A DNA stretch of 64,000 bases from Cyanophora paradoxa CCMP329 (GCA_004431415.1 QPMI01000560.1:484758-548757), one strand, 5' to 3'; positions 27,377 to 40,634 are shown, counted from the stretch's first letter. Numbers and translations: made by a program. Notes: generated by a model not told the origin, from the sequence alone.

Positions 27377-27930
27377 GCTGCCTTGCGATTGAAGCTGCCA
27401 TGGCCAGCGCTCCGAAACGCGAAGCTCGCGAATTCGAAAGACGAAAACTGGTTAATCGGGTTCAGATGAAATTTTTGGTTTAATTCAATGATCATGATTG
27501 ATAGATGACATGCTATCGATCAATTTCAATATTAATGGTTCGAATTCCGGATCCGATGATCGCGCCGTGCTAAAAATAGCAGGTTCGGGAACTGGTTTGC
27601 GCAGGTTCGCCACCTTGAGGAGACTGCTCCGGGATTCGGCGCCCGTGAAGAGCGTCTTGCTGTGACGAGGTGGGGGAAGGACGTATACGTAGCTGCCTTG
27701 CAATTGAAGCTGCCATAGCTAGCGCTATAGCCAGCGCTCCGAAACGCGAAGCTCGCGAAAGACGAAAACTGGTTAATCGGGTTCAAATGGATTTTTTGGT
27801 TCAATTAATATTGACTGATGACATGCTATCAATTGCAATGGTTCCGGCTCCGATGATCCGCCGTGCTAAAAATAGCAGGGTTTCGGGAACTGGTTTAATT
27901 TGCGCAGGTTCGCCACCTTGAGGGGACGTC
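27377..27930. repeat. Diverged tandem duplication (period about 315 bp) upstream of the propeller gene
   Basis: 27377-27625 aligns with 27692-27930 (e.g. GAAAGACGAAAACTGGTTAATCGGGTTCA, CGTGCTAAAAATAGCAGG). Confidence 0.9.
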
Positions 27931-28603
27931 GATTGCCCCGGCGCCCGGCCGCGGTCGCCCTGGGGGGGAAGAGGTGCAATTCAGCACATATGCATGGCTT
28001 GCTGTGACGAGATAGGGGAAGAGGGGAGGAGCCTCGGAAGAGGGCAATGATTTGCAAGGAGAAGAGGGCGGCAGCGGCAGGCGGAGGAAAGGGCGGCGCG
28101 GCAAGGAGGACGTCGACGCGGGCGTGCATGCGCACGAGGCGTGGATCGCCGGCGTCGCCCGTCGGACGTACGCGTCGGATCGGGCGGTGACGTACGCGTC
28201 GGATCGGGCGGCGGCGCTGCATGCAGCGTGGCTCGTCACGGCGCGCCGGCGTCGCCCGTCGGACCGGTACCGTCGGACGTACGTATACGCGTCGGATCGC
28301 GGCGGCGCTGCTAGCGCTAGGCGCCGCTAGCGCTAGCTAAAATTCCAGCTATCGCTCACTACCGCTAGCTCTTATAGTTCTGTTGCTATCTTGTGGGAAA
28401 ATTAAATTTGCAGAATGAGAATGAAGCCTGGAGTCACTGCAGGAGTCACTGCAGCTGGCCATGGGCGCTGGCCAGTGATATACCCAGCTGGGAGGCTGGA
28501 GTCACTGCAGCTGGCCATGGGCGCTTCGAAATTCGCCGGCGGAATCGCCGCGCGTCGACGTCGCTTTGAGATAGGCACAGACCTAAGCTTAAGGGCCTCT
28601 CCT

Positions 28604-31575
28604 CAGAAGAGCCTAGTTTATGGTGCTGCTAGGCTTAGCCATGCGTGCTGTGCAGTTCTAGCAGGCTGGCAACGAGAGCGAGCAGAGCTGGTATTCCAGG
28701 AGCAAGCACAAGTACAGGGTACAAGTGTGTCACCCGGGGTGTGTGCCCGGGAGGGGTACATGAAAAGTAGTGGGGGTCCAATCGGCGCACTCATTGTGAG
28801 CGCTGCGGAGACTAAGGCCAAGCACTGCGAGTAGCGAGACTCGGGGCGCCGGCTCCTGACGGCATAAAGCCGTGAGGCAATAGCTCCGCGTGTTCCTCGT
28901 CGGCACGTCCCCGTGCCGCCCGAGGGAGGCCAGGAAGCAGCCGGAAGGGGCCGGCCAGGGGGGCGTAGAGGGTGATAGCAGGAAGTGGCAGGGTCCAGGG
29001 CCGGACGGGTGATCAGCCCGCGGCCTGAACTGCGCAACCCGATCAGCGCCCAAGGAAGGCGGAGCAATTCAGGAGGCGTGCGATCAACGCGGATCGGACG
29101 CACTGAATGGAACAGCTACAAGAAAAGGTTCCCAGCCCGTTGCTCCGGCTGAGCAACGGGAAAGCCGGGGGAATAGGTCCCATGAGGACCCTCCGTCGCT
29201 GGAGCGACGGCCAACCAACCACAGGGCCCACTGCCGGGTGCAGTGGCCCTCCGCTGCCATGAGCAGCGGCCAACCACTGAACAGAGCCTGCCGCTGGTGC
29301 GGCAGCCCTCAGGGTCCACTGCCGGATGCAGTGCCCTCACGGTCATCACATCAACCACCAAGGTGACTCAAGTGAAGCTCAGGAACCCGAGCTCCGCATC
29401 CGTCATAGAAGCGAACGCCACCAACCCCAGAGTTATAGCTAGGCGAAGTCGTGCTTCGGCCAGCCCACAACATGGAGCTGCACACTCTCTTCCTGCTCGG
29501 ACTCCACGGAGTCGTCGTCACTGCCCTCCTCGGCCGAGCGGCCCTCCGAGTGAGGCTCGTCGTCGTGCAGGATCGGCGGATCCTCCATTGGCTGATCACC
29601 GTAATGTAGATGCCTCCGCCGCAGTCGATGAGGGTAGGCTGCTCCGTGTTGGAGAGAGAGTTGAGGGCATCGCGTTCTGCTGATGCGAAGGAGTTGACCG
29701 CCGCGATGTCCGTCAGTTCCTGAAGGATGGAGTTGGTCGCCGTCCGCCGGCGTGGCGCGTCACCGAAGTGCGTGGAATCCATCGTGTCTGCACGCGGCAG
29801 AGACGGAGGAGACCGACGTGGAGCCGCGGAGCGGGGGCGAGAAGGCGGGGGATCCGGCGCGGCGTCGACGCGCGACAGCGGCCGGGATCGGGGCGGAGTG
29901 AAGCGGGCGGGGAGGTGGTGCCGGCGACGAACGAGCGTCGGCTGGCGAGCGGGCGGGGCGGGGCAAGGACGGCGGCGACGGGTGAGAGCCGGGGCGCCGC
30001 GAGTAGATCACCGGCCGGGCTTCCACGCGGGAAGGCCGGCTGCGAGCTAAGATCTCCTCCGAGGCTCGTAGCGTCCGCAGCGAGGCGGAGGCGAGGGAAG
30101 AGCCGAGGGGAGAGGGCGGGAAAGGGCGACGGGGGCGGTTCGAGGCGCCGCACGTAGATCACCGGCCGGGCTTCCGCGCGGGAGGGCCGGCTGCGATCTG
30201 AGGTCTCCGCCGAGGCTCGTGGCGTCCGCAGCGAGGCGGAGGCGAGGGAAGAGCCGAGGGGAGAGGGCGGGAAAGGGCGACGGGGGCGGTTCGAGGCGCC
30301 GCACGTAGATCACCGGCCGGGCTTCCGCGCGGGAGGGCCGGCTGCGATCTGAGGTCTCCGCCGAGGCTCGTGGCGTCCGCAGCGAGGCGGAGGCGAGGGA
30401 AGAGCCGAGGGGAGAGGGCGGGAAAGGGCGACGGGGGCGGTTCGAGGCGCCGCACGTAGATCACCGGCCGGGCTTCCGCGCGGGAGGGCCGGCTGCGATC
30501 TGAGGTCTCCGCCGAGGCTCGTGGCGTCCGCAGCGAGGCGGAGGCGAGGGAGAGCCGAGGGGAGAGGGCGGGAACGGCGGGTAACGGACGGCGCGGCGTC
30601 GTCGAGCGACGGCGGCCGGGAAAAGGAATGACGGGTGCGGAAATCGATGTCGGCGACGTATGGACGTCGGCCGACGGGCGGGAGTGGGCGGGGAAAGCGA
30701 CGAAGATGGAGGTCCGAGGAGCCGAGGGAGGGTCGCCGACCGGGCTTCCACGCGGGAAGGCCGGCTGCGATCGGTGATCTCCGGCGAGGTTCACGTGTCC
30801 GCGGCGCGGCGGAGACGTGGGCGGGAGAAAGTGGGGGCGGGGGAAGTGATCGCGAGGTAAGTCCGCAGCTGAGCGTCGGCGGTCCACCGGCGAGTCGAAG
30901 GGCTGAATCCGCCGGAAATTTTGGCAGAGTCTCCCCCTTCGAAAGGCCGAGAAGTGCGCGGCGCTGAAGCGGGCGGCGGGGCGAGGTCGGTCGGTCGAGG
31001 TCGGCCGGTGACGGACGCGTCCGGTCGACGATCCACCGTTTCCGAGCGTCGCCGATGCCACTAGCAACGATTCCGCGTCCGGCGTGGGACGGGGGCGTGC
31101 CAGTCGATTCCCGCGGACTGCGGATGCACGAGGCGACCGTTAGCGAGTCCGGCGTCGGCGTGCGGCGGCGGATTCGCAATACTGTCCTCCGAAACGCGCT
31201 CCTCCGTCCACGGATCGCTTCGCCCAGCGGTCCGACCACGCCTGGCTGCGGCTGGCGGGTCGGATGGCTGGACGAGGCCCGGCGAGGGTCAGAAGAGCCT
31301 AGTTTATGGTGCTGCTAGGCTTAGCCATGCGTGCTGTGCAGTTCTAGCAGGCTGGCAACGAGAGCGAGCAGAGCTGGTATTCCAGGAGCAAGCACAAGTA
31401 CAGGGTACAAGTGTGTCACCCGGGGTGTGTGCCCGGGAGGGGTACATGAAAAGTAGTGGGGGTCCAATCGGCGCACTCATTGTGAGCGCTGCGGATCCCG
31501 GAGACTAAGGCCAAGCACTGCGAGTAGCGAGACTCGGGGCGCCGGCTCCTGACGGCATAAAGCCGTGAGGCAATA
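28604..31575. mobile_element. Non-autonomous LTR-like element (about 2.97 kb) with 5-bp TSD CTCCT
   Basis: Direct repeats 28604-28882 and 31290-31575, apparently identical except for a 7-nt insertion. CTCCT at 28599-28603 and 31576-31580. No gag/pol recognised. Confidence 0.8.
30004..30575 (+). repeat. 151-bp tandem repeat, about 3.8 copies
   Basis: TAGATCACCGGCCGGGC recurs at 30004, 30155, 30306, 30457; diverged fragment near 30740. Confidence 0.95.
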
Positions 31576-31761
31576 CTCCTTTCGAATTCCCCAAGCCTTG
31601 AAGGCCGATTTGCAATACTGGCTCCTGTTCTACTCTCAACCAGAAGCACAGAGCTCGAGGCCTATATATAGCTAGGCTTGGCATAGGTCGGGCCCGGGGC
31701 TTAGTGAGGCCCCAGAAAATGTTGCAATTGACGAATCTGTGGTGATCATGACCAGTCGGCC

Positions 31762-33052
31762 CACTAGTTGGGGAAGGGTAAAACACTTCCCCTGTCCCTA
31801 TCCCTTGGGCCCACTGGCCAACCCTAACCCAAATCCCATTTCCCCGACCTCCGCAAAACCGGGGCCGCGCGGTACATCCTGAAAGCGCATCCCCAGGGGA
31901 CCCCGAAACCATGTCTCCCGGTCCCGTCCGACCAAAGGGTGATCCAGGAACAGGCACCAACACCCGGGACAAAAATGGGTCCAGCGACGCACAGAGAGCA
32001 GATATACGGGCCAGACCAGTTCGAGGTCGTTGCGCGCATCATGTTTGACATTCCGTACTGCAAGAGCGAGGCCGGGCGCGAACGCGGTCGCGTGGGAGGA
32101 CGCCGCGCGCGCTAGCCAATCACATTGGAGAGTGCGTTAACTTACCCTGCAAAAGTCTTTTTACGGTCTCCCCCGGCCACTTTCTCCCCCACGCTTTCTC
32201 CCCGGGCGCCGCAGCTCGGCTCGATCGGCTCAACAATGGTTACGCCTCTCGCGCGCGCGGCAGTTTGCTGTGGCTCAGCGGCTAGCCGCGCCAGCCGCGC
32301 ACGCTTCACCCGCGCCAACCGCGCCCCGACGCAATTGCACAAGCCGGCCGCAAGCCGACCGCACTTGGCCGGCTATGCCACTTGCAACAAGCCGACGCCC
32401 GCGGCCGCGCGGCGCGCGCGCCGCGCGACGCAGAGCCCCCGCGCGCGCGCGATGCGCATGCCTGCTGCAGCCGGCGCCGCTGATCATGATCATGAGCTGG
32501 CCCGCTGCGCAGCTTTCTGAGCGGAACGTGAGCTTGAGCAGCGTCCCCGCGCCCGCGCCCAGATCGCGCGGAGGCCTAGGCCAGCCCCTAGCTATATATA
32601 TAGCCACGCCGGGACGCACGTGCACCCGCAGCACATGCGCACTCGTGCACCCGCCACGCCTCACGCGCGCGACGGCCGCGGGGCATGCGCAGCCTGGCAG
32701 GAGCTCGAGCACGTCCATGCATATGGCCAGACAAGCTTAAGGTTCCCTCCCCCTTCCCAAGGCCCGCGCCTTACATAGCTATAGCTAGCTCGCTAGGCCC
32801 TGATCATGAGGTCTACCTCTAAGAGGACAGCTCGCCTCGATCGCGAGGACAGCCGCTGAGCTCGCCTGGCATGGCCAGCCTCGGCCGGAGCCGGCCCGGC
32901 GGCTCGCCTGCAGCTGGCCACCGCGCGCGCGCCTTCTTAAGCTTAAGCTTAATTATATAAGTCCCTGCAGCTGCCCTCTGCATCTAGATCTTGGATTCGC
33001 CGAGGTTAAATGCCCTTCCCCGGACCCAACTGACGCGCGCGGCAAGTCAGTG
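31762..33052. mobile_element. Possible degenerate non-autonomous CACTA/EnSpm-like element
   Basis: Left end CACTAGTTGGGGAAGGG. Right end reverse-complemented reads CACTG...AGTTGGG(TCC)GGGGAAGGG. GCC flanks both ends (31759-31761, 33053-33055). The TIR match needs gaps. Confidence 0.35.
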
Positions 33053-33969
33053 GCCCTTTATACTACTAGGCTAGAACTGGAGAATTCGAAGCCGCGGCCG
33101 GAGCGCTAGCACTTCGGAGGCAATTGCAAGGCATTCGGGTCGACGTCGAGGCAGCCGCCGACGAATTCGAATTCGAAGGTGAACTTGCCATCGACCTCCT
33201 GCCGAATTCGAACCGTGCAGCTCAATTGCAAGCCGCCGCTTGGAATGTGGCGATGGCGATGGGGCAGCAGGCTTGGCCTGCGACAAGTCGGGGAAGCTCG
33301 GGTTGCCCTCCGGCGAGAAAGGACTCGGGACCCGGGGATCCCGGAGTGGCCCCGGCTCCCTAAGCCTCTCCATAGCCCGGCGGGCAGCAAATCCGGCCCG
33401 AGCTTGAGCTCCCTGTCGGTGTGACTCCAATCAGAACCGTTGAACAACGCCGTGACGGATGCAGAGCCCGGCTGTTAAAGTTGACCCGGCAGAGCGCCGC
33501 GCGGGGGCCAGGGGGCCGGGCGCGCGCGCAGGTTTAATTCAATAAAAAATTTATATAGCTAGCTCTAGATCTAGGCTTCGGGCACCGCGAGAGCGTGCGC
33601 ACCGGACTCCCAGGAACACGGCCGCGGGCAGCCTGTCGCGCAGTCCGGATTCATGATCACAGCAATGACGGGGACCAGGACGAGGGCAAGCTTAAGGGCA
33701 AGCAGTGCGAGTACTAGTTGCGCAAAAAATTCTGTTTAACGTTCAAATTCTCCGAGTCGCGAAATCTGTACATGTACGCGTACGTTCGGCATCGCTCGCA
33801 GATGGACCAACAATTCGTGCACCGGGTGTCAATCTGCGAACGCGCGCGGAGGTTTAATTTCGATGAGCGCGCGAAAATTGAATTCGCAACGTCTCCCCAA
33901 CAACGGCTCGTAACTTTAGAACCTTGGCGCGTGGTGACGTCGACGCACCTGCAGCTGTTCAAAAGTCTC

Positions 33970-33974
<5 letters not shown>

Positions 33975-34008
<34 letters not shown>
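33975..34008 (+). repeat. Poly(C) tract, 34 nt
   Basis: Direct inspection. Confidence 0.95.
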
Positions 34009-34184
34009 TTGCAAATTGCCCATTGCCTTGACTCGGCGATCGCGAGCTCCTCTAGATCTAGCTCCGATCGCGCGAGGGTCCTCATGATCATTGAATTCTT
34101 CGAATTCCCGATCCCACGCCTCCTTCGAATTCCCGATCCCACACACACGCCTCCATCCCGCGTGACATGACACTGCGCATGCGG

Positions 34185-34383
<199 letters not shown>

Positions 34384-34512
34384 ACTCTCTCTAGATCTCG
34401 ATCTAGATCTCGGAGTCTCTCCGATCTCCAACTCACTGATCATGAGTCAAGCTCTATCTCGCCCTCCCTCCCTCTCGCTATAGCTAGCAATCTGTAGCTC
34501 CCTCTCCTTACA

Positions 34513-34593
34513 AGCATGGGGAAGCCGTACTACGGTATGCGGCGCGGGGGGAGGGGCGAGGAAGGCCCCCAGGGCCCACGCGTACGCGGCGCA
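34513..34593 (-). pseudogene. Third, degraded about 80-bp copy of the 3' end of the 34752-38227 gene
   Basis: AGCATGGGGAAGCCGTA...GGGGCGAGGAAGGCCCCCAGGGCCCACG matches 22866-22927 and 34756-34816. Confidence 0.75.
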
Positions 34594-34751
34594 TCACATC
34601 ATGGCATTACCGCGCGCGGATGGAGGCCCCGATTAAAAAACAAAGCGCGGCCACCCTCACGCCTTGAAGCCCCAAGATCCCAAGGCCACTCCTGCTCCGC
34701 AGGGACTCGCTTGTTCAATGATTGCAAGTTGCAACTTGTAAGTAGCGCGCG

Positions 34752-37700
34752 CTAGAGCATGGGAAGCCGTAGGCGGGGGGAGGGGCGAGGAAGGCCCCCA
34801 GGGCCCAGGCGGCGCACTGCAGGTGCGGGGCGGGCCCGGGGCCGGCGCCGCCCGCGTCGCCGTCGCCAGCGGCGGCGCGGAGGAGGAGGCGGGCGGCGGC
34901 GGCGGGGAGGGCGTCGGGCCCGGGGGCGCCGCCTCGAGGCAGAGGGCCCCCTCCCGCAGCACCGCCGCCCGCAGGCGCCCACCTGACGCCCCGCCCGCCC
35001 CGCGTCAGCGGCCGGCGGACGGCCGCGGGGAACTTCGGAATTAGATTTAGAGGCCCGGGCGCGCCTTGGCGTGGAGGAGGCCGTGGAGGGCCGGGGGCAC
35101 GTGGTCGGGGCCCGCCGGCGACGCCGCCGCCACGTCGATCGCCAGGTCCGCCACCTGCGCCCCGGCGGGGTACGTGGTTCAAGGGGAGGGGAGGCGTGCG
35201 GGGGGTACGGGGGCGCACGAGGCCCTCGACGCGGCGCTCGTCGACGGCGGCGATGGCGAAGGCGAGGAGGGCGCCCGGCAGCAGCTCGAGGCCGGCGGCG
35301 CGCAGCACGTGGCCCCCGCCGCCGCCGCCGCCCGCTCCGCGTGGCTCCCCCGCCCCGCCCCGCGGGGCCCAGCGCCACGGCGTGGGCCCGCACGCCTGCG
35401 AGGGCAGCCACGCGGCGTCCCCTCGGGGTCCCGCGGGCGCCGGCGGCCGCCGCGCCCTCTGGCGGCCCAGCACGAAGAGGACGACGCGGGCGGGGGCGGG
35501 CCCGGGCCGCCGGGCTCGGGGCCCACGCGAGGCCGCGGCGAGGGACTCGCAGAGGGCCCTGCCCCGGCGGTGGGGCAGGGGAGCCCGGGAAGCCGTCGGC
35601 GGCGCGGGAGAGGGCCCGCGCAGGGCCGCCGGCGAGTCCGTGAAGTCGAGGAGGAGGCGCGCCGGGCCGGCCCCGTCCTGCGCGCCCGGCCGGCGTCAGG
35701 CGGGCGGGCGGGCGAGGAGGCGGGGGGGGGCGCGGGCGGCGGACGGCGGGTAGGGAGGCGAGGGCGAGGCGGACGGGCCCGGCGACGGGCAGCGCTCGCG
35801 GAGCTCGGCGGGGCGGCGGGAGCCAGGACCAGTCGCCAGCCCGCAGCAGCGAGGCCGGGCGGCCACGCAGAGGTCCACGGGGACGCCGGGCCCGCGCCGC
35901 GTCCGCCCCGCCCCGCACCCACGCCACCTCCTCCGCCGTGTACGCCGCCGCGTCGGGGAAGGGCGCCGCGGGGGGCGGCGGGGCGGCGGGTGGAGCTCCA
36001 GGAGCGGCACGGGCGGGCGCTCGGGCAGGGCGGAGGGGCGGGCGACGGCGCAGACGCGGGGGCGAGGGGCCGCAGGGAGCCGGCGGCAGGCCGAGGGCAG
36101 CCGGGTCGGTGGGCGGCGGGCGGCCGGCACGACGGCGAGGACGCAGGCGGCCCCGCGCGGAGCAGGAAGGGGCGGGGCGGGCGGGCGGCGGGCGGGCGGG
36201 CCTCGAACGCGGCGACGGCGCTGGCGACGCGCTCGAGGAGGCGCCGCCGCTGCAGGGCCGCGCTGCTCGCGCCCAGCGGCTGCCACGGGATGTGCACCGG
36301 CGGCCGCGCGCTCTGCGCGCCGCCCCGCCCGACGCCTCGGCGCCGTACCGCACGACGGGGCCCCTGCAGACGGCGCCGGTCAGTTCGCAGCGGCGCGCGA
36401 AGCAATCCGACAGCCGCGGCGCACCCGCGAAGGGAGGGGCGGGGCGAGGGGGGCCGAGGCGTAGAGGGACGGGGCCGGGGCCGGGGCGGGGCGGGCGGAG
36501 GCGGAGGAGGCTGAGAGAAGGGGCCCGCGGGGCGGCGTGACGGCCGACACGAGGGAAGCGGGGCGCAGCGGGGAGGGCGCCGAGGAGGAGGCCCCGAGGA
36601 GATGGGCGCCTGCGAGCCGGGCGAGGCGCCGGCTTCAAGAGGGGCGGGCGGCGGGGGCGCGGGGGCGGGGACTCCGGGGCGGGCTCGCGGGGCGCGCGGC
36701 CGAGGAAGGCCTCGGTGGCGGCGAGGGCGGCGCGGAGGCGGGCGGAGAGCTCGCCAGGGGAGGGCGGCGGGGAGGGCCCCGGGGGCGGCCCTCCAGCGCC
36801 CGGTGCGCCTCCGCGAGCGCCCGCCGCAGCTCCGCCATGCGCTCGGGCCCGGCGAGGGCCGCGCGGGCTCTCCGACGGAAGAGCTCCGGGGCCCGCGGCG
36901 GCGTGAGCGCCCACGGCCACGGCCCGTCCGACTGCGCCGGCGAGGCCGGGGCGGAAGTCCGCCGCGAGGGCGTCCACGCGGCCGGCGGCGCCCGCGCCGG
37001 CGGCTCCTGCCTCGCCGGCGAGGCCACCGGCACCGCCGACGCGGCCGGCGGGGCCGCCGGGGCGGGCCGGGCGGCTGGCCGGGCGGCGGGCCGGGGCCGG
37101 CGGTCGGGCGGCCGGGCGGGGTGGGGGTGGCCGCGGGTCGGCGGGGCGCTGGGGAGGGCGACGGGGGCGGGGGCCGGGGCGCGTGCGGGGGGCGGGGCTG
37201 GCTTGAGGGGCGAGGGCGGCTCGGAGAGGAGGCCCGTGCCGGCCCCCGGGGGCTTCCCCCGCCCCGCCGGCCGCTCCTCCTCCTCCTCCTCCTCAGACGA
37301 GGACGAAGACGGCGGGCGGGGCGCCGGCCGTGCCCTACGCTCCGAGGAGGCGGCGAGGAGGGACTCGTCCACCTGTACCCCCCGCTCCGCGGTGCTGGGC
37401 GTCGTCGCCTGCCCCTGCGAGGCCCGCGCCGGCGTCGGGACCTCGCCTTCGCTGCTGCTGCTGCTGCTGCTGCTGCTCGAAGGCTGCGGGACGGGCTTGG
37501 GCGGCGCGTGCGGCGCGGCCGTTTTGGACGGGGCCGCCGGCTTCGGCGCCGAGGGCGGCGTCGCCGGCTTCGGCGGCTTCGCCGGCGCGGCGTCCCGCGG
37601 TGGCTCGGGGCCGCTCTCGTCGCTATCGCTGTCTGCACGCTTCGCCGGTGGCCGGGCGGCGGCCGGTGCGCCCCTCGAGAGGGGCGGCGACCTGCCCGTG

Positions 37701-38227
37701 GCAGGCGGCTGCGCGGGCGCGGCGCGCTGGGCCTTCCTCGCTGCGCTTCGCAGTCCGTAGCTCGAGCCGCTGCTCTCACTCCCCGCGCTTTCGGACTCGC
37801 TGCTGCTGCTGCTGCTAGAAGTGCTCGGCGCGCCGGCGGTGCCCCGGGCCTGCGGCGTGCTCGTGCGAGGGTTGGAGGCAGCTGCGCCGAGAGTCGCCCC
37901 TGGGCTGGGCCGGGGCAGTCGATCTCCAGTCGAAACGGGCGTAACCGGCAGCACGGACGCAGGACTGCCGGTCGAGCGCGCCGGCGCTGAGTCCCTCGCT
38001 GTCGATGCTGGCGTGCGCGCTGCGCTCGGGGTAACTCCCGCGCTGGCCTTCGTGCGGCGGCCGGCTGCGGTCTCATCCGAGCTGTCCGATGCGTGGCTCA
38101 GCTTCTGCGGAGTCTGCGCGGCTCGCGGGATCAGCCAGCGCGAGATAGCTAACATCCGCCGCGCGAAATTCAAACCTGGTCCGCTGTGCTGTCCCCGGCC
38201 CGTGTCCAGTACCGACTGGGAGTCCAT
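34752..38227 (-). CDS. Hypothetical protein with long S/P/A-rich N-terminus
   Basis: GC3-biased exons, typical introns, ends ...PAYGFPML*. Several single-base homopolymer shifts; no family recognised. Confidence 0.55.
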
Positions 38228-38720
38228 CGCGTGTGGAACATCGATTGAACTCGGGCAACTCGCCCGGGCCAGCGCAGCGCCGGGCAGGCTCAGCGGCGGC
38301 GGCCCCCAAACTCGGGGCGGTGGTACGATGCGGGCGGCGAGCTGCCGGCTATGAAGTCGTGCCTTGTCCGGCCTTCCGAGCCGAGGGAGCTCGCAAGGCG
38401 AGAAGACTGGCAGTGATTAGACTGCGGTCAACAGGGTACGCGTTCGTCGGCGCGCCTTGGTTCAGCCAGTCTTCCCTCGCGACTCGAGCGGCGGCGAAAG
38501 CTCAGCAATCGAACGGAGCTCTTTCCAGGACCGCTGCGCTCGGTGACCACTTCTAGAGCACCTCTTGACCACGAGCGCGTACGTGTGAACCGCGGCCCTG
38601 TTCGCCAGCCGGCTCGTTCCGTGCGGTGCGGCTGTCGCCGGCTGTCGCGGTGTGTACCTGAACGGCATCGCACTGGCGGCCGAGCGCCGCACGGCCGCTG
38701 CGCCGCCGGACACGCCGTCT

Positions 38721-40418
38721 ATGCTCAGCGACGGCATCGCCCATGCGACTTCCACGAGGCAGCAGGAGCTAATGCAGCTCATGACTCTCGTTCGGGAAGG
38801 GACGAAGCTAGAGGGACGCCGTTTGCATGTCACTCCCGAGGCATGCCCCGGCCCCTTCATCCACGCACGCTGCGCATACCGGTCTTGGCCGCTGAACGCG
38901 GAATGCGTTCATTACAGGTCGAAGCGCGAATACGCGCGGGCGTTCCGGAGGAGATGCGCGGCATCCTGTGGCAAGAACTGCTCCGGGTCACGAGTCTCCG
39001 CCACAAATTCGACAGCGACATCTTTGAAAAGGTGCGCTCTTCTTGGCACAATATTGAACTCGCCTGTGCTGACGGCGAGCTGCAGCTGAGCTCAGAGCGG
39101 TTGCACGGGGAGGAGGTGCGCATGCGCATGCGCTCCCCCGGATCCGCCCCCGCGGCGCTGCCGTCCTCGAGCTCATCCCTACGGCAGGGCGACCGCATCA
39201 TCCGGAGGGACCTGGGGCGCACGTTCCCGGAGCACGACTTCTTTCAGGCCAAGGACGACGAGGGGTCCGCCCCCGCCCCCGCCCCGGCCAGGGCCCCGCC
39301 TGCCAGGCTGCCCCGCCCTGACGTGCGCTCCCGCAGGCAGCAGCGCCTCTCGCGCATGTGCGCGCCCGCCCTTGCTCTCGGCTGATGGTCCGCCTGAGGC
39401 CGCCGGCAGCATGCGCGCGTACGCGACGTACGACCCGGAGGTCGGGTACTGCCAGGTCCGCACCTGCACGCCGGCCCCCCGCGCCGGCGCTCGCGGCGAC
39501 GGCGGGGGCGGGCAGGGGACGAACTTTATCGCGGCGTTCCTGCTGCTGTACATGAACGAGGAGGAGGCGTTCTGGTCCTTCGTGCAGATCATGCACGTCT
39601 CGGGCTGGCGCGGCCTCTACCTCGACGGCATGCCCCTCCTCGTCGAGCTCCTCCGCCTCCTCGCCCGCGGCCTCGCGCACCTCGCCCCCGCCCCCTCCCG
39701 CCACCTCGACGCCATGTCCGTCTACCCCGACATGTGCGCCCCAGCCCCGGCCCCGCCCCGCGCTTCCCTCCCGGCCCCGCCGGGCGAGCGAGCGAGCGAG
39801 CCGGCGGCAGGTACGCCACGCAGTGGCTGGTGACTCTCTTCTCCTCGAGCTTTCCCAAGGAGTGGACGGCCCGCGTCTGGGACCGGCGCGCCCCGCCCCG
39901 CCCCGCCCCGCCCCGGCGCCCCGGGCGACCGCCGCTGACAGGGCCCCGCTGCCCCCCGCAGGTTCTTCCTCCGTGGGCCCCTCTACATCCTCCGCCTCTG
40001 CATCGCCCTCCACCAGGCCTCCGCCGGTCCGCCCGCCCGCACCTCCGGCGATCGGGGCCCGCGCCGCCGCTCCGGCCGGCCTCTCACGCCCCGGCCCACA
40101 GCGCGCATCCTGGCGAGCCGCAGCTTCGAGAAGTGCCTGGAGGCCCGCCCCTGCCCCCGCCCCCCCCCGCCTCGCCCGGCCCGCTCCGCGCCCCCTGACA
40201 GACGGCCCGGGTGGGCGCAGGTGGTGAAGTCGATCCCGCAGGACGCGGGGGCGCTGGAGCGGGCCCTCGAGGAGGCGGACGCGCACCCGATCCCCCCGCA
40301 GCTCATCAAGCAGTGGCGCGCCGCGGAGGCCCCGGCCCAGCCCCCGGAGGAGGAGCCGGCCCCCAGCAAGCTCAGGGCCTGGCTCGCCAAGCCGGCCGCC
40401 TGGTTCAAACTAACATAG
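38721..40418 (+). CDS. TBC-domain Rab GTPase-activating protein (true start may be upstream, about 38351)
   Basis: GVPEEMRGILWQ, IIRRDLGRTFP (IxxDxxR), YDPEVGYCQGTNFIAA (YxQ), EEEAFW, YATQWLVTLF. Confidence 0.92.
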
Positions 40419-40634
40419 CGGCGGGGCGGCGTCCGGCCCTGTTGTTTTTATTTAAGAGCCGAGGGCCCTTGCGGGGGGCGCCGGCATTCGTAATGTGCAT
40501 ATTGCGTAAGCTTATTGAACGAGGCAAGCAGAGCGCCCCGCTGCAGCTCACCCAAGCCCGCGTGAATGTTTACGCGTATATATACGCGTGCAATGCTTCA
40601 ACTTGATATCAGCAGAACAAGCCGACTGCGCTGA

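Noticed and set aside
29351-29782. ORF inside the LTR-like element as gag/pol
   Set aside because: No zinc knuckle, protease, RT, integrase or recombinase motif; frames are interrupted.
30004-30575. Repeat array as CRISPR
   Set aside because: Units are contiguous 151-mers with no unique spacers; no cas genes; eukaryotic context.
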